Shown: positions 13,620 to 25,151 of the stretch, piece by piece
Position numbering within the stretch: the stretch's first letter is position 1
Layout of the letters: every line of letters starts with the position of its first letter
Origin: Elsinoe ampelina
Taxonomy: Eukaryota
Assembly: GCA_010093995.1 (NCBI GenBank)
Contig: ML992502.1
Location: 1,646,312 to 1,710,311, forward strand
DNA: 64,000 nt
Reading direction: 5' to 3'
Notes under the pieces: generated by a model
Told to the model about the DNA's origin: nothing
Seen by the model: only the letters and a program-made list of their open reading frames with translations
The model's database searches: none
Translations under genes and position numbers: made by a program

Positions 13620-14499
13620 ATGCGTCTCACAGCAGACCTCATCTCCTCCTCGCCCACCTACATCAACCCCCTCAAAGAGCGCGAGCTCGACCTCCGCGGT
13701 TAGTCTTTCTCCCCCTCAGCTGATTCTCTGAAAAGAACAGATACCCCCCCCTTCACTTGACGAGCTCAAATCCTCACAGCGCCTTTTCGTCGCACACAGG
13801 CCACAGAATCCCGGCGATCGAAAACCTCGGCCTGGCCAAAGACCAAGACGCCATCGACCTGACGGACAACGCGATCGGCGGTAGCCTGGGCAACTTCCCG
13901 GTGTTCCCGCGGCTGAAGAGCCTGTACCTGGCGCGGAACCGGGTGGCGCAGATCGCGCCGGGGCTGGGGAGGAGTCTGCCGGGGTTGCGGACGTTGGTGT
14001 TGACGGAGAACGCGGTGGCGGAGTTGGTGGATCTGGAGGCGCTGGGCGAGTGTAGGGCTTTGACGCATTTGAGTCTCAAGGGGTGTCCGGTTGAGGGGAA
14101 GGAGGTGAGTGGGGCATGGGCCTGGGAGGGGGAGGATTTCGGGGAGGGGGAAAGTGCTGACTGGTGCAGAATTATCGGTTGTTTGTCATCTGGTTGAATC
14201 CGAGTGTTCGGTTTTTGGACTATGCGAAGGTCAAGGATGCGGAGAGGAGTGCTGCGAAGGAGTTGTTTGGGCCGTCGATCAAGGAGCCGAGTGAGGCGGC
14301 GAAGGCGGTGCTGAGTGTGAGGAAGGGGAGGCCGTTGGTGGTGCACGGCGCGAATGGGGATGCGGCGGGGAAGAGGGTCAAGACGAAGCTGACGGACGAG
14401 GAGAAGGCGAGGTATGAGAAGTTGGTGAAGAACGCGACGAGTTTGAAGGAGATTGAGAGGCTGGAGAAGATGTTGAGGGAAGGGAGGGTGCCGGGTTGA
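13620..14499 (+). CDS. LEA1: U2 snRNP protein A' (LRR)
   Basis: MRLTADLISSSPTYINPLKERELDLRGHRIPAIENLG, DAIDLTDN, NYRLFVIWLNPSVRFLDYAKVKDAER. Introns 13699-13799 and 14105-14169. Confidence 0.92.
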
Positions 14500-14785
14500 G
14501 CGATTGCGAACGTTCCAAGTCGCAAGCAAGATCACAGTCTCTACACAGGACAAAGGATAAAGGACGAATAGCATGTCGGGCCTTCTGATGTGCCCCACTG
14601 ACACACGACGCAAGCGAGCATGCTCGGACCAAGCAGGCCGGGGCCACTGGCGTCTTGATGGTTGAAGTGAAGGCATGGATCGAGATCGCTCGGAGCCACA
14701 TCGAGGAGCAGAAGCACAGTATGGGTAAAGACAGCTTGATACCAACAACCCAATATACCCCCAGGCCTCTTTCCTATAGACAGAT

Positions 14786-15802
14786 CTAAGCCCCCAGCCT
14801 CCTCCCCCTCAAATACTCCCAATCCCCCATTTCCTCCTCGAGTCTCTTCTCCAACTCCCCCGCCGCCTCCTCCCCAAACTCCTCCCTCCACCCCTCCACC
14901 TCCTTGGCCAGATCAATCTCGCCCGCCTTCTTATCCTGCCTGATGCCCGTGCTGTTCGCGATCGTATCGCTGAACCTCTCCTGGAATTTCGGCCCCAGAA
15001 ACTTTTCCCCCGGCTTGCGTTCTGGCTCCCAGGAGAATTTCAGCTTGGTGGCGTCCAAGCCGGTGGCGGCCGCGTACTTCTCGACGATGGAAGGGGAGGT
15101 GAGGATGTCGTCTGCGTCGAGCACGATGGGCCATTGGACCGGAGAAGAGTGGCCATTGGTGCCGTTGCCGTTGGCAGAAGCCTCGTAGTGCGGAAACTGG
15201 GAGCGGTACCAATCGTACAGTTTCCGGGTGGGTTTGACGGACGTGACTTCGTGCCACCAGGGGGCCTGGATGGATCGGAGCGCCATTTCCGGGCCGTACA
15301 TGTCGCGTTGGGCGCGGTACATGCTTGTCAGGGCGAGGGCGGGATGGCGAATGATGAAGCTAGGGGCGAAGGAGAGAAGGAAGGCATCGGGAAGGAATGT
15401 TTCGTTCGCGGGAGAGTGGGTTGGATCGAAGCCTGGGATGGGGACGGTCCAGGAGTCTTCGGAGGGGGAGGTGCCGAGCATGGCTTTGCAGCGGGCGACG
15501 GGCTCGGTGATCCAGCAGGCGTGTTCAGAGATGAAGAGGGGCGCGTCTGATGGGGCTGCGGATGTGATTTTGTTGACGGCGTTGGTGTAGGCCGTCATGA
15601 GGGCGGTCCGGTCTTCGTCGGAGAGCTTGGACGGGTCAAGCTGGGCCTTCATGAGCTGACCTTGGCGGGTCATCATGATGGGGAGGAAGAGTCCATTGCC
15701 AGGGTATGTGGTAGGCTGGGATTTGAGGTCGAGGACCTTGAGGAGGAGATTGGACGCTGTGCGTGGGTAAGTGAAAAGCCAGTTGCGCTTGGGAGTTTCC
15801 AT
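14786..15802 (-). CDS. Sulfotransferase-like P-loop protein (fungal family)
   Basis: Single-exon 338 aa ORF with LFTYPRTASNLL, FIIRHPALALTS, LYDWY, WPIVLDADDIL, FSWE and IANSTGI motifs typical of this family. Confidence 0.7.
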   Translation of the reverse strand: METPKRNWLFTYPRTASNLLLKVLDLKSQPTTYPGNGLFLPIMMTRQGQLMKAQLDPSKLSDEDRTALMTAYTNAVNKITSAAPSDAPLFISEHACWITEPVARCKAMLGTSPSEDSWTVPIPGFDPTHSPANETFLPDAFLLSFAPSFIIRHPALALTSMYRAQRDMYGPEMALRSIQAPWWHEVTSVKPTRKLYDWYRSQFPHYEASANGNGTNGHSSPVQWPIVLDADDILTSPSIVEKYAAATGLDATKLKFSWEPERKPGEKFLGPKFQERFSDTIANSTGIRQDKKAGEIDLAKEVEGWREEFGEEAAGELEKRLEEEMGDWEYLRGRRLGA

Positions 15803-16739
15803 GATTGCGAACTTGGTGCAGAGCTAGTAGCTTAGACAAACGATATCAATGCAGAAGCAGGAGGGGGCGACTGAAGGTTTTGTAGCTGGTTGTCACGCCA
15901 AGGATAGACAGATTCCGGCGAACGAGATGGAGAAAAAGCTTGTGAGTACTTCGTCCTACCTGCACTGGGGCCGACCATCTACCTGGTCATCTCGTGGATA
16001 AGGACAGCTCCACCATCGTTCTGAAGCATAGTCGGAGACCGACTGAAATCGGCATTCTTGCAGAAATTGTCCGCGGGAAGCACAGGACTATAATTGCTAA
16101 TGGCGGGGAGTCAGGGGTCGTGCGATCAGGAAAAGTATGCAACGATGCCAGCACTCCTTGCATATGTTTCGACATTATTGAGGGATGTCTTCAACGATGC
16201 CGTGACCGGGCAAAGCGCAGCTTGACGAAGCTAGAAGTACTACTGAGCTCGTCTCAAAGCTGTGTGATCAGCACGCGTATGGCCAGTTTGAGGTTCCGCA
16301 AATTGCCCTTCACTCCGAAGCTTTGTGATTGGTCAGAGAGGAACAAGCTGTTTTTGAAGGTCCAGGGGCGCGTTCGGTGGAGCTTGAAAACGGCCTCTTT
16401 TGGCGTGATTTAAGGCCGGTAGATTAAAAAAGAGGCTACGCGTTCGGTGGAGGCTCTTTTTTAGCACTAACTCTTTAAAAAAGAGGTACCTCTTCGCGTA
16501 ATTGCCCTTATCTAGTATAGCTAGCCTCTTTCTCGAGTGTTTACTCTAACTCTTCTTTTTTAAGAGAGGCTATACTCTCTATACTCTCTATACTCTTATA
16601 AACTATCTTATCTATAGATAAACAACTCCTTTAAGCTATAATTAAAGGTGCTAGTACTACTGCTACTACTGCTAGTAATTAGTATAATAACTACTAGCCT
16701 TCTAGAGTAAGGCTAGAAGGATCTATTACCTCTATTAAT

Positions 16740-17785
16740 AGTAAAAGATTAACAAAGGAGGTGTTACTAAATACTTGCTAATTACACTACTTAACTTAAT
16801 TATAGCCTTTAAGCTTTATACCTTTAGTAGAGAAGTTATAAAGAGATAAGCTACTAAAGGCTAGCTATAATATCTTAGTAGAGTAGAAGCTTTTAATCTT
16901 CTTAAAGATATATAGCTATAGTACCTTCTTTAGTGATATATAAGACTAGTTTTATCACTCTAAGGCTACTATCTCTACCGTCTTCTACTAAGTGCTAGAG
17001 GTACTAATTTTAATCCACTAAGAGGTTATTACTTTACTAGAAAATAAAGGTAATCTCTAGCTAGAGAAGATTAAGAGTAAATATTGTTAATTTACTAGTT
17101 ATATAGAAGCACTAGATAGATCTTATATCTACGCTTATGTACTTAGTAAGTTATAAGCTTAGAGAAATTAAAAAGGCTAGCTATTTTAGAATATACTAGT
17201 AGTGTATAATTTTAATAGTAATCTTACCTATATATTAGCTAGATAAGAGAGCTCTATTTACAATAGTTAAGTACTTACCTTTATATAAGAAGTTAACGGT
17301 TTTAGAGCGCTAGAAGGCTATTATTTCCTTAGTAATACTAGATATTTAAACATGCTAGATCTTCTTATACCTTATTAAGGTGTAAGGTACTACCTCTAAG
17401 ACTAATATAAAGTAGTAAATAAGCTAGAGAACTCTAAGGAGCTATTTAATCTAAGGCACTTAGCCTTACGTAATGTTATTAAAAGAACCTTTAGAGTTTT
17501 TAAGAGGTAGTAGTAAATATTTAATACTATAAGAGAATTTAGTATAGATACTTAAGTTAAGCTAGTATATATACTTACTAGCCTTTATAATTAGATTAAT
17601 CTTTATAGTAGCCTTAAGGAGCTTAATCTCTCTAAGAAGGCTTTAAGGATAATAGTAGTTACTATAGAAGATAGTAATAATACTATTAAGGGGAATAATA
17701 ATCTAGCAATAATAAAGAAGCGTAATATAATAGCTACGTAGATATAGCGTAATTATTAAGAAGAGGTAAAGAGAAGAGGAGGTTA
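16740..17785 (+). pseudogene. Harbinger DDE transposase (DDE_Tnp_4 type), RIP-mutated; ends approximate
   Basis: Reversing G>A/C>T changes recovers GCIGALDGSHI (~17095-17130), RNRKG..SQN.L.VCDF, LAGWEGS.HD (~17236-17265), PEGYYFLGDAGY (~17310-17346) and KELFNLRHS.LRNVIERTFGVFKRRW (~17436-17513). Many TAG/TAA stops. Confidence 0.88.
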
Positions 17786-17829
17786 ATATTAAATGTACGC
17801 TAGCCTAATATAGTAATTAGAGCTAGTAT

Positions 17830-18945
17830 AGGCTTAAAGACATTAGAGAAGAGTAAAAAATACTACCGATAGTATAGAATAGGTATAGAGATATTTTTCT
17901 TTCTTAAAGAGTATTCCTTTATATATTTCTCTATTAATCTCTATCTCTAGCTTTAGTTAGTAGTACTATAAATTTTAATCTTCTTCTTAACCTTAACCTT
18001 AACTTCTTCTACCTTAATTTTACCTCTATCTAGCTAGTCTAGTAGCTTCTTATCGATTAGTAGTTCTTCTTTCTAAAGCGCTTACTTTATAATAGCTATA
18101 CGCTACTACTTTAAGGCTATAGAAAAGAGCCTAGCCTTTACTAGAGTCTCTAGTAACTTAGTAACTATAATAGTATAATTAGTAGTAAGATATTTAAACT
18201 TAGTAAATAGTAGATTAATCGCTCCCTTACTAACTATAGTAGTACTACTTTACTCTAAATAGTTATTTATCTAGCTTAACTACTTAGCTACCTTTTTAAT
18301 ACTACTTACTACCTTATTAGTACTATTTAATCTCCGCTAGATTCTACTTAGTGTTAAATTACAAACCTTACTTATACGCTTCCTTATTAATTATATAGGC
18401 GTACTAGCCCTTAAAGGAGCTAGAGATAGAGAGGGAGAAGAAGAGTTAGCTAGATAATCTAATAATTAAGAGTTGATAGTAATATCTTAAATACCTTAAG
18501 TAAATGCTCTAGTAGTAGTAACATTACTAAAGATAGTGCTAAGGAGGTTATAATAAGGTATTAGCCTATACCTAAATATCTTTACCTCCTTATAAGCTTT
18601 AAAATAGTTATCTATAACTTTAGAGTTAGCTATTATAAGGCTAGCTTTAGTCTTCTTCTATCTAGAGTTATTCTCTAGTATTTACTAGCACCTTAAGGCA
18701 TTCTTATAAGTGTTAATTTTAAGCTTTAATTTACTTTTATTAAGCCTCTTAGCTTAAGTACTAGTAACCTCCTTTACTGCCTTAGTTACTCTAGTCTAAG
18801 CCTCTAGCTAAAAGACTTCTCTAGTATAGCTACTAGTATTAAAAGAGTTAAGGAGGAAGTATAGAGTAACCTCTACTATTTCTTTAGTCTAATTAATATT
18901 AGTAGGCTACTTCCTCTTTACTAGTAATTAAGATAGAGAAGGCAT
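17830..18945 (-). pseudogene. Harbinger accessory Myb/SANT-like DNA-binding protein, RIP-mutated; 3' end approximate
   Basis: ATG at 18945. De-RIPed reading gives W-T-K-E.., F..EAW..V, and NNSGW.......A..EV...Y.KAH.E...FR..P, as expected for the second Harbinger ORF. Convergent with the transposase. Confidence 0.7.
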
Positions 18946-19926
18946 CTAAAGCACCTCTAATTAAGTTAGTATAGTAGTAGCAATCTCTGCTACTTTATTA
19001 AGGGTGTTAGAGGCTATAATAGTAAGTAATTAGATATAGAGTTTATACACGTTAATAATCTTTAAGCAAAATTACAACTCCTCTATGTATAGCTACCTTC
19101 TAAAAGAGGTAGTCTCTTTTTAATCTACTAAACGCACTATCGAAGAGTCTCTTTTACAATAGCAACCTCTTGAATTAACGCTAAAAAAGCCAAATCGGCC
19201 TCTTTTTAAAAGAGCAACCTCCTCCAACCGAACGCGCCCCAGGTAAGGTATGTGTAGGTGTGCGTGGCGCATGTAGAGATATTCGGCGATGGAGCAATAA
19301 AGTAGTGTAGTAGCAAAAGGACAGGAAGACACGGTTCTGCAGTGTTGCTCGAGGCCGGACGAATTGAAAGCAAATTGTGTCTCGCCTCTACCTTTATATG
19401 CCCTCGAAAATCACTTCTGACGCCATATCGCACGATGCTTGCCTTTAGCTCGGCAAGTGCTTCAGGAGTTCGATTTCACGTGCACGTGACATCTCATCCT
19501 CGGAGAGGACCCGTCTTGCATTTCCGCCACCTTGGCGCAACTCATCGCTGTGACAAGAAACTACAGGTCTTTACCTTGATTGAAGCAAGTCCCAGCGCAA
19601 CATACGCATGAATTCAGGCAAACTTCAAAAATAGCTGGCGTGCATGCTTGCAGAATGCATGCATGCCTTCGTGGCTGACTTGGCAAGCCGCGGTCGATGG
19701 CCACCGCTCGACCATTGGCTGCATCTAGTTTGCTGCGGCACACATTCACTCGATCTTGTCAGCTGAGGTCGTGAAGGTGCTGAACTTGGGGCCACGGGCT
19801 GTGTACCATGTTGTCGTTCTCAGCAGGCGTATGTAACACGCTCTCATTCTTGCACCGTGTCATATCAGTGCCTCGTCACTTTCTTAATAATTACACGACG
19901 AGATATCTCGCACGACGAATCAAGCC

Positions 19927-22199
19927 ATGGGTGATCCCGATGGTCCAAACTCTGCATTGATCGCGGATACAGAACGAGCAGCGACACCAACGACACCAAA
20001 GTCTCTGGACGAACGCGACATCAGCTGCCGATTCAAGGGCTGGCCGCGAGGTCCTGGCATGTTAGGTCGACGATCGATCGAGGATGTCTTCACTCGCTTC
20101 TTCGACTCCATGGGTCTGATCGGACCTGTCTTGTTCCTCGGTAGGTCTCGCAGAATTACTGCACTGTTGCAGCAGGATTTAAATGAGGATAGTCCTTGCA
20201 TTCAGTGCATACTCCCTGGACAACGTCTTGGTCGAGGGTAATCAATTTGGTGCTACTGCCGAGCAGGCATCTTCAATGGTATCAGATATGAGCCTCATGT
20301 TTTCTTCGCTGACTCTTACAGGGCCCGACTATCTTTCCTATATTGTTTGCAGCCCTTGCTGGCCGCTTCTTAAAGACACTAGTCCGCTATCTCGCGGAGA
20401 GGGGTCATCGACTGGGCGTAAATCTACCGTGTGTGATTAACTATGATCCTAATACTCTGGTATAGCCGCTGGAGATGATGCACTCTAGTAAGACCGTCTT
20501 CTCAACAATTGAGAGCCAATTTTGTCTACGAAGGTTCTCGGTCTTGGGTTGCGCACTCTTTGTGCTCTGGTCAATGTCCCCTTTGGGTGGACAAGCGTCG
20601 CTTCGAGTGCTGCAGCGCGAACATCGGACGTTGTATGAGATGAAAACAATCAAATATCCACACACCGGGAGGGGTGGAGAAATCACAATACTAGGCAATG
20701 GTGCTCTGCTCAATGGCACGGCCGATGCCTCCCTCATCACAATCAATAACGTCTTCAGCTCAGCCTTACTGGAGCCTCTGTCGATCAAACACTCTGCCAA
20801 AGATAGCAGGGGAAACGCAAAGATACCTTGTCTTGATGCATTTGGGTTGTCACCCCTCAATACATCATGGACAGATGTGACGGGCTCTCTTGAGATGGAT
20901 TATTATGCTACTCTACTTGGTATCCCGATCAGCAATGCGAGTGGAGGCGCCAATACTACAACAGAGGTCACCATTACATATGGCTACACGGACTTCATAT
21001 GCAAGGATCGACCGTTCCCAATCAACGATGACTACGTAGCCGGCTCTCCTTGGACTGACCATGAATTTGCGCCATCATCCAAGCAAACGCCCGCTGTCCC
21101 CAGTCAAGGATCCGATTCCAGCCCAACAACCGACAGTACCGTCCGGATCTCCGAAGATGTCTTGCCGCGGCTCTCCGATCACAGCACTCAGACATACAAC
21201 GGCTCCAATCTAATATTGACAACTCAGGGAGGCGTGCGAAGGAAGGTCACCGCAGGATCCCTCGGCATCGGCTATCGGGGGACGACCAATGTCTCCTGGA
21301 CCCAAGGCGATGCTTTTGCCTTGAACATGACGCTATACTACTCAGGCGGCGACACCGGCGGCTTCTGCAGCGACAGGTGGATCGCGCGGACCTGCGACAT
21401 GATCCAAGTGGACATGGAGGCCCGACTCACCTGCGAAGACAACCTCTGCCACGCATCAGCCATCCGCGCGCTCCCCCCAAACAACACACGCCGTCCAGAC
21501 TCCACGCCTTTCGCGAAGGACTCCAATCTTGCGGCCAATTTTGCCCTGTATTTCCCCTCCAGCACAGGTGACGGCGCCGAAGGCATGATCAATCCTCTCC
21601 GCCTTTTTCTTCGTGGCTCCGACATGCCCTTCGCTCAGTCCGTGGACATAGGCTGCTCTGGTCTGCCCGACGACAGATTCAGTCGACGGCTGCGTCTAGC
21701 GGTCAACACGTATGTCCAGCTGAGCGCTGATCCGACCTTGTCGGTCGTCAAGGGCGTGCCGGTCGATGACAGACAAGATAGCTGGTCGTGGGCCACGAAG
21801 AGCGAGGCGATTAAGCTGCCGGGGTCGTTCCTCAAGGCCGAAGCCCGCACTCGTTCCTTACATGGGTTGTACAGAGTCAATTGGGCTTGGCTGATCGTAT
21901 TAGTGTTGACGTCGACGGTGCTGTTGGCTTGCAGTATCTCCACATTAGTTCTTGGGTCGTACATCAAGGCACCCGATATTTTGGGCCATATCTCTAGTCA
22001 GACTTACGACAATCTGCACGTAACAATACCTGCCGGAGGAAGCTTTCTGGACGGTATGGACAGATCTCGTTTACTGTGGGATGCGGAGGTGAAGGTCGGA
22101 GACATTGATCCTATCGCAAAAGTGGGCCATATCGCTTTTGCCACGCCCTCGGACGAGCGTTATGTTGAGCAGGTCAAGAAGAAACGACAGTATTTCTAA
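19927..22199 (+). CDS. Conserved fungal multi-pass membrane protein of unknown function
   Basis: Introns 20141-20192, 20279-20321 and 20418-20465 join short ORFs into ..WPRGP..VLFLVLAF..GPTIFPILFAALAGRFLKTLVRYLAERG..TVFSTIESQ..LWSMSPLGGQASLR, with a C-terminal TM and PDILGHISSQTYDN..GGSFLDGMDRSRLL. Confidence 0.8.
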
Positions 22200-22354
22200 T
22201 TTGCACAGGGACTCGTATTAGCGAACATGAAACAGAAGAAAATATTGACAGGTACTACCAAAGAAGCTGTGCCGATCACCTGTAGTCGAATTGCTATGAT
22301 ACACCCCCAAAAGTGTCCCGATCGTAAATCATGCGTCCATCCCAAGCGCCATCC

Positions 22355-24448
22355 TTACGCACCAAGCCGTACCTCACCCTCACCATCCCCCTGCTCGTCC
22401 ACAATCTCATCCCTCACGTCCTCAATCACGAATTCCACTCCCATTGACTCTTCATCGATAACCTCCACGTCCCCGTACCCTTCTTCATCTACACCTTCCC
22501 TATCTTCCTCATCCTCCTCACTCCCCTCCCCTTCCTCTGTCCCTTCTCCCTCCCCTCTCGGCAACAAACCCCTCCCTTCCTCCCCGTCCTCCTCCTCTTC
22601 TTCTTCCTCCTCCTCCTCCTCCTCCTCATCATCATCCCCATCATCGACGGGCCACAAAAACGGCAACCCCCTGGCGCCCCCACCCTGCCCCTCCTCCACC
22701 TTATCCTCAATCCGATACCCACTCACCTTCCAAAACGCCGTCGGGCCCGCAGGACCATGCTGTTCGAAATCCTTATCGAACCAGTTCCCCAGCACGCCTC
22801 GCGCGCTCTTCGGTCCACCAACCTGGATACCCTCGCTGCGCCACCGTTCCTCGCCGTGGAAGATACTCCATGTCGTCCAGCGCACGTCGCCGTGGGGTGT
22901 CATGCGCACGACGCCTCGGATGCGGCTGTTGGCGTTGGGATCCCAGCTGGCGTGTAGGGAGCGGGAGGTGCCGACGAAGGTGACTTTGGGGTAGTGGGAG
23001 TAGGCGTGGCGGTTGGTTGGGGGTTTGTTGGCTGCGGAGGTGGGGCGTTGGGGGGTGTCGATGGGGGAGGGGTTGTCCGAGGTGGATGTGGGAGGGGCGT
23101 AGCGGGCTTCGAGGCGTTCTTGGTCGCTGTTGTAATCGCTGCTTGAATCGCTGTCTGAGGAAGTGTCGGGGTCGTATTCGACTTTTGTGACCCTGAGTTT
23201 GAGCTTGATCAGGCGGATGGCTTCTCGTGTATCGATGCCGCGGTCGTCTTGTCGTTCTCGGGGCCGCGTGAAGTTGAAGGCGTAGAGGTCATTGTAGTCG
23301 AGGAAACAGACTACGCGCATCCAGGTCCCGCTGATGCCATAGGGATCCTTCTCGTCTAGTTCCTTCTGCCGACGCTCCATTTCCCGTTCCTCATCGCTAC
23401 GATACTCTTTCTCACCATCGTCGTGTAGACCTACGATCTCACCGCGTACGGCCAAACGGCTTAGTCCCTTAACTCCTTCCTCTCCCCGTTTCCAGTCTGG
23501 TTCCCGGAAACTACCAGGACTGACACCTTCCCATGGTCCATACCATAGTCCTCCCAGCCCGCGTGTCCGTTGGGCAAACATGCGCAAATTGTATCCTAGA
23601 AGCACCATGACAGCTTCCATCTTCTCCCAATCCACCTCCATACTTCCATCCCCCTTGAACGGGCCCCATAACGACTTGGTTGTGTACTCACGCAGGTCAT
23701 ACACCTTTGCTCTTGCGATATTATTGGCTGGTACCGTCGCATGACTCCTCAAATAGTGTGCATTGTCTTGCTCTGCTCCTGCAACTGTATCACCGTTCAG
23801 GACTCCTGCATGATGTCGCGGATATAAGATATGGTAGGGACTGCGTACACCCAGCCCAGCGGTGCTCGAGCGCGAGCTGGGATGACGGTAGGGACAACTC
23901 GGTGGAGCGGAGTCGACGGGGATGCCGTAGTAGACGTGAAGTTTGGCGCTGAGTTGACGTTCGGATAACGTCTCGGCAGCTTTCTGGGTTTGGGTGCCTG
24001 CATGTTTGTAGAGACTGGAGCGGGTAAGAAGGGCGTCGATGTTGGCCTGGGAAGAGAAATGGCGGATAAGAAAGTTGGTATTTCGCTCTGACGGAATAGA
24101 TAGGAGAGGGAGAATCGAAAACGTCGACTCTGCGAGGGATTTCTGCTTGGCTGGGAATGATTGCGAGGTCAGCGTCTTCTGGAGGCGGACGAGGGAGTGC
24201 AGTGAGTCTTCATAGTCGGTATCATTGGTCGCGGGGCAGTCCTGTGTAATCAGCAAGGCTCACATGCGAATGCAGCGCGGTAGATTTACCCATCGTTGCA
24301 GATACAACTCTTTGTGGAGCAGTACGTTATCCCGAATGAATGTGTTGAGTGGCTGACAGCTCTGAGATAGAGCGGCTAGATCGGCGGGCTCGACAGACGT
24401 GAGGATGTTGTGAAGCACCTCATGACTGCAGTCGAGGAGGCGGGACAT
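22355..24448 (-). CDS. F-box domain protein with acidic tail
   Basis: N-terminal LLDCSHEVLHNILTSVEPADLAALSQSC (F-box). Intron 24289-24242. Conserved fungal C-terminal block DPYGISGTWMRVVCFLDY..IRGVVRMTPHGDVRWT..GEERWRSEGIQVGG..GPAGPTAFWK. Confidence 0.82.
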
Positions 24449-25151
24449 GGTGACTTTGGCCGGTCCTGTATACTCGATACCGTCCATTACCAGGCGATTG
24501 ATGATATGGGAGTGAGGACAAGAGGTGAAGTCGGGTCAATCATCACGATCCCTATTAGCAATTGGGTGGAGGTAGGGACATGTAGCTCGGTATCTCCGGG
24601 CCCGAAAGCGCAATCGCGGGGTCGCTAGATTTGAAACATTTCACGTGCTGATCGTCATGGTCAAGTTAGTTGCTGTCATCAGTTCCTCACATAGGTACTT
24701 CAGATGTGTAGCTCTAGACAGGACTGAGCAGAATTGGCGGTCTCTGGCAATGCTCATGCTAGAGGTGAAGAAATGCTCGACCAGAGACATCTACAACAGT
24801 GCAAACGCTGATCTTCGTACTGTGATAACTTGTATGGACAAAAGCATGGGCCAAGAGGTAGGGCACTGGCGAATGACGTAGACTCCTCCACGGGGCATAC
24901 TATCGGCAGATTCATGGACGATTGTAGGCCCATACACTTCAGCCCGATAACATCTCACGTGACTACACATACAACATCTGCTGGGCATGACTCAAGGATT
25001 GTATTCATCCATCTCACAAGACCTATTCTCAACGTCGGGGTGGGGTATCAACCGGAAGCAATAAAAGAAACACCAGTCCTGACCTCATTTGTCTGACATT
25101 AGACATTTACTTTCTACCCATTGTGGTGTTGCGCTGAGCATGTTCCCGTCT

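Larger units (their letters stand above)
16366..19239. mobile_element. PIF/Harbinger DNA transposon, RIP-inactivated
   Basis: TIR GGGCGCGTTCGGT at 16366 and its reverse complement ending 19239, flanked by a 3-bp CAG duplication (16363-16365 and 19240-19242). Interior is extremely TpA-rich and contains two convergent degenerate ORFs. Confidence 0.93.

Noticed and set aside
16400..19200. AT-rich ORF-free island as possible horizontal transfer, centromere or organellar insertion
   Set aside because: TIRs, TSD and de-RIPable transposase motifs fully explain it.
15990..19433. Gene interrupted by the Harbinger insertion
   Set aside because: Joining the flanks gives only a short frame with no recognisable protein.
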